Shown in pieces: positions 62,542 through 64,000 of a stretch of 64,000 bases of DNA. Each line of letters starts with the position of its first letter. Within the stretch, counting starts at the first letter, position 1. The DNA is from an uncultured Methanosarcinaceae archaeon (GTDB taxonomy: Archaea; Halobacteriota; Methanosarcinia; Methanosarcinales; Methanosarcinaceae), in the NCBI GenBank assembly GCA_963727895.1, contig CAVSHT010000013.1, positions 121,280 through 185,279 of the forward strand, written 5' to 3'. The notes beneath the pieces are model-generated. The model searched no databases and was not told the DNA's origin. It saw nothing but the letters and a program-made list of their open reading frames with translations. The position numbers and the translations under genes were made by a program.

Positions 62542-62720
62542 AAAACTAAGAATTAATTTTGTTTTTTTGTCCCTGTCGGCTTTATAATATTTTTAAAAGA
62601 ATCATAATAAACAGGCGTTCTAAAAATTAGAATCAACTAAGAATTTGAAAATTAGTTTTGAGGATAGAAACTCATTTTTTGTGCAAGGACCTAGTTGATT
62701 AACCAGTAATATAAAAAGAA

Positions 62721-63524
<804 letters not shown>

Positions 63525-63550
63525 CTTTTAAACTATATTACCTGCAAGTT

Positions 63551-63745
63551 TTAGTAGATTTCCTTAACTCTTCCAACCTGACCACTCGTTAGTTGGACTT
63601 TTATTCCGTGTGGATGAGTTGAAGAATTGGTTAAAATTCTTTTTACAATTCCCTTAGTAATTTTTCCGGTTCTCTGGTCTTCTTTTAAGACAATCCCTAC
63701 ATTCATTCCTTCTTTGATATTTGCTCTAATAGTACCATTATTCAT
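63551..63745 (-). CDS. YwbE-family (DUF2196) protein
   Basis: IVLKEDQRTG.IT.G.V..ILT.S..HPHGIKV.L..GQVGRV. Confidence 0.88.
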   Translation of the reverse strand: MNNGTIRANIKEGMNVGIVLKEDQRTGKITKGIVKRILTNSSTHPHGIKVQLTSGQVGRVKEIY

Positions 63746-64000
63746 GGTAGAAGGTAAATTTGGAGTTATATAAACGTGTACGTTTTTAGAAAATTTGATT
63801 TGAACTTATTAATAATTCAGCTTTAATACTTAGTTTTAGGCAGAGATGCTGGAAAAATTCAAATCAAACTTCGTAGGGAAGACTCTTCAGAACAAATAAA
63901 CAAAGAGCAGAAAAACACAAAAGAAGATAATGTCACTGATTTTACTTTATGAGATTGGTATTCCTGAGGAGTTTAATTTAGAACAGCAATACGTGGCTAT

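Overview
This 64-kb window is from a Methanosarcina-type archaeal chromosome. The conserved backbone comprises the tandem membrane-bound [NiFe]-hydrogenase operons vhtA(partial)CD and vhxGAC, cgi121, glpX, a t6A methylthiotransferase, a PhoU/TrkA-C plus two MgtE-domain cluster, top6B-top6A-gyrB-gyrA, tRNA-Ser(UGA) and an FKBP-type PPIase; all of these frames are open. The accessory DNA between them is AT-rich and heavily decayed. It contains six copies of one IS1-family element, a second IS1-type element with TIRs and a TSD, a transposase remnant, several MITEs, a tyrosine-integrase remnant, four broken RxxxxH (HEPN-like) genes and beta-propeller/PKD surface proteins. The most notable items are: (i) an IS1-bracketed FecCD/BtuCD-type importer operon with a methyltransferase and a radical-SAM enzyme fused to a substrate-binding-protein lobe; (ii) in-frame amber (TAG) codons in two methyltransferases and four IS1 transposases, candidates for pyrrolysine read-through, while intact core genes avoid TAG stops; (iii) a decayed HEPN-rich island next to tRNA-Ser; (iv) a 25-bp tandem array that breaks a peptidoglycan-binding-domain gene. 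All assignments come from motif reading only; no database searches were run.
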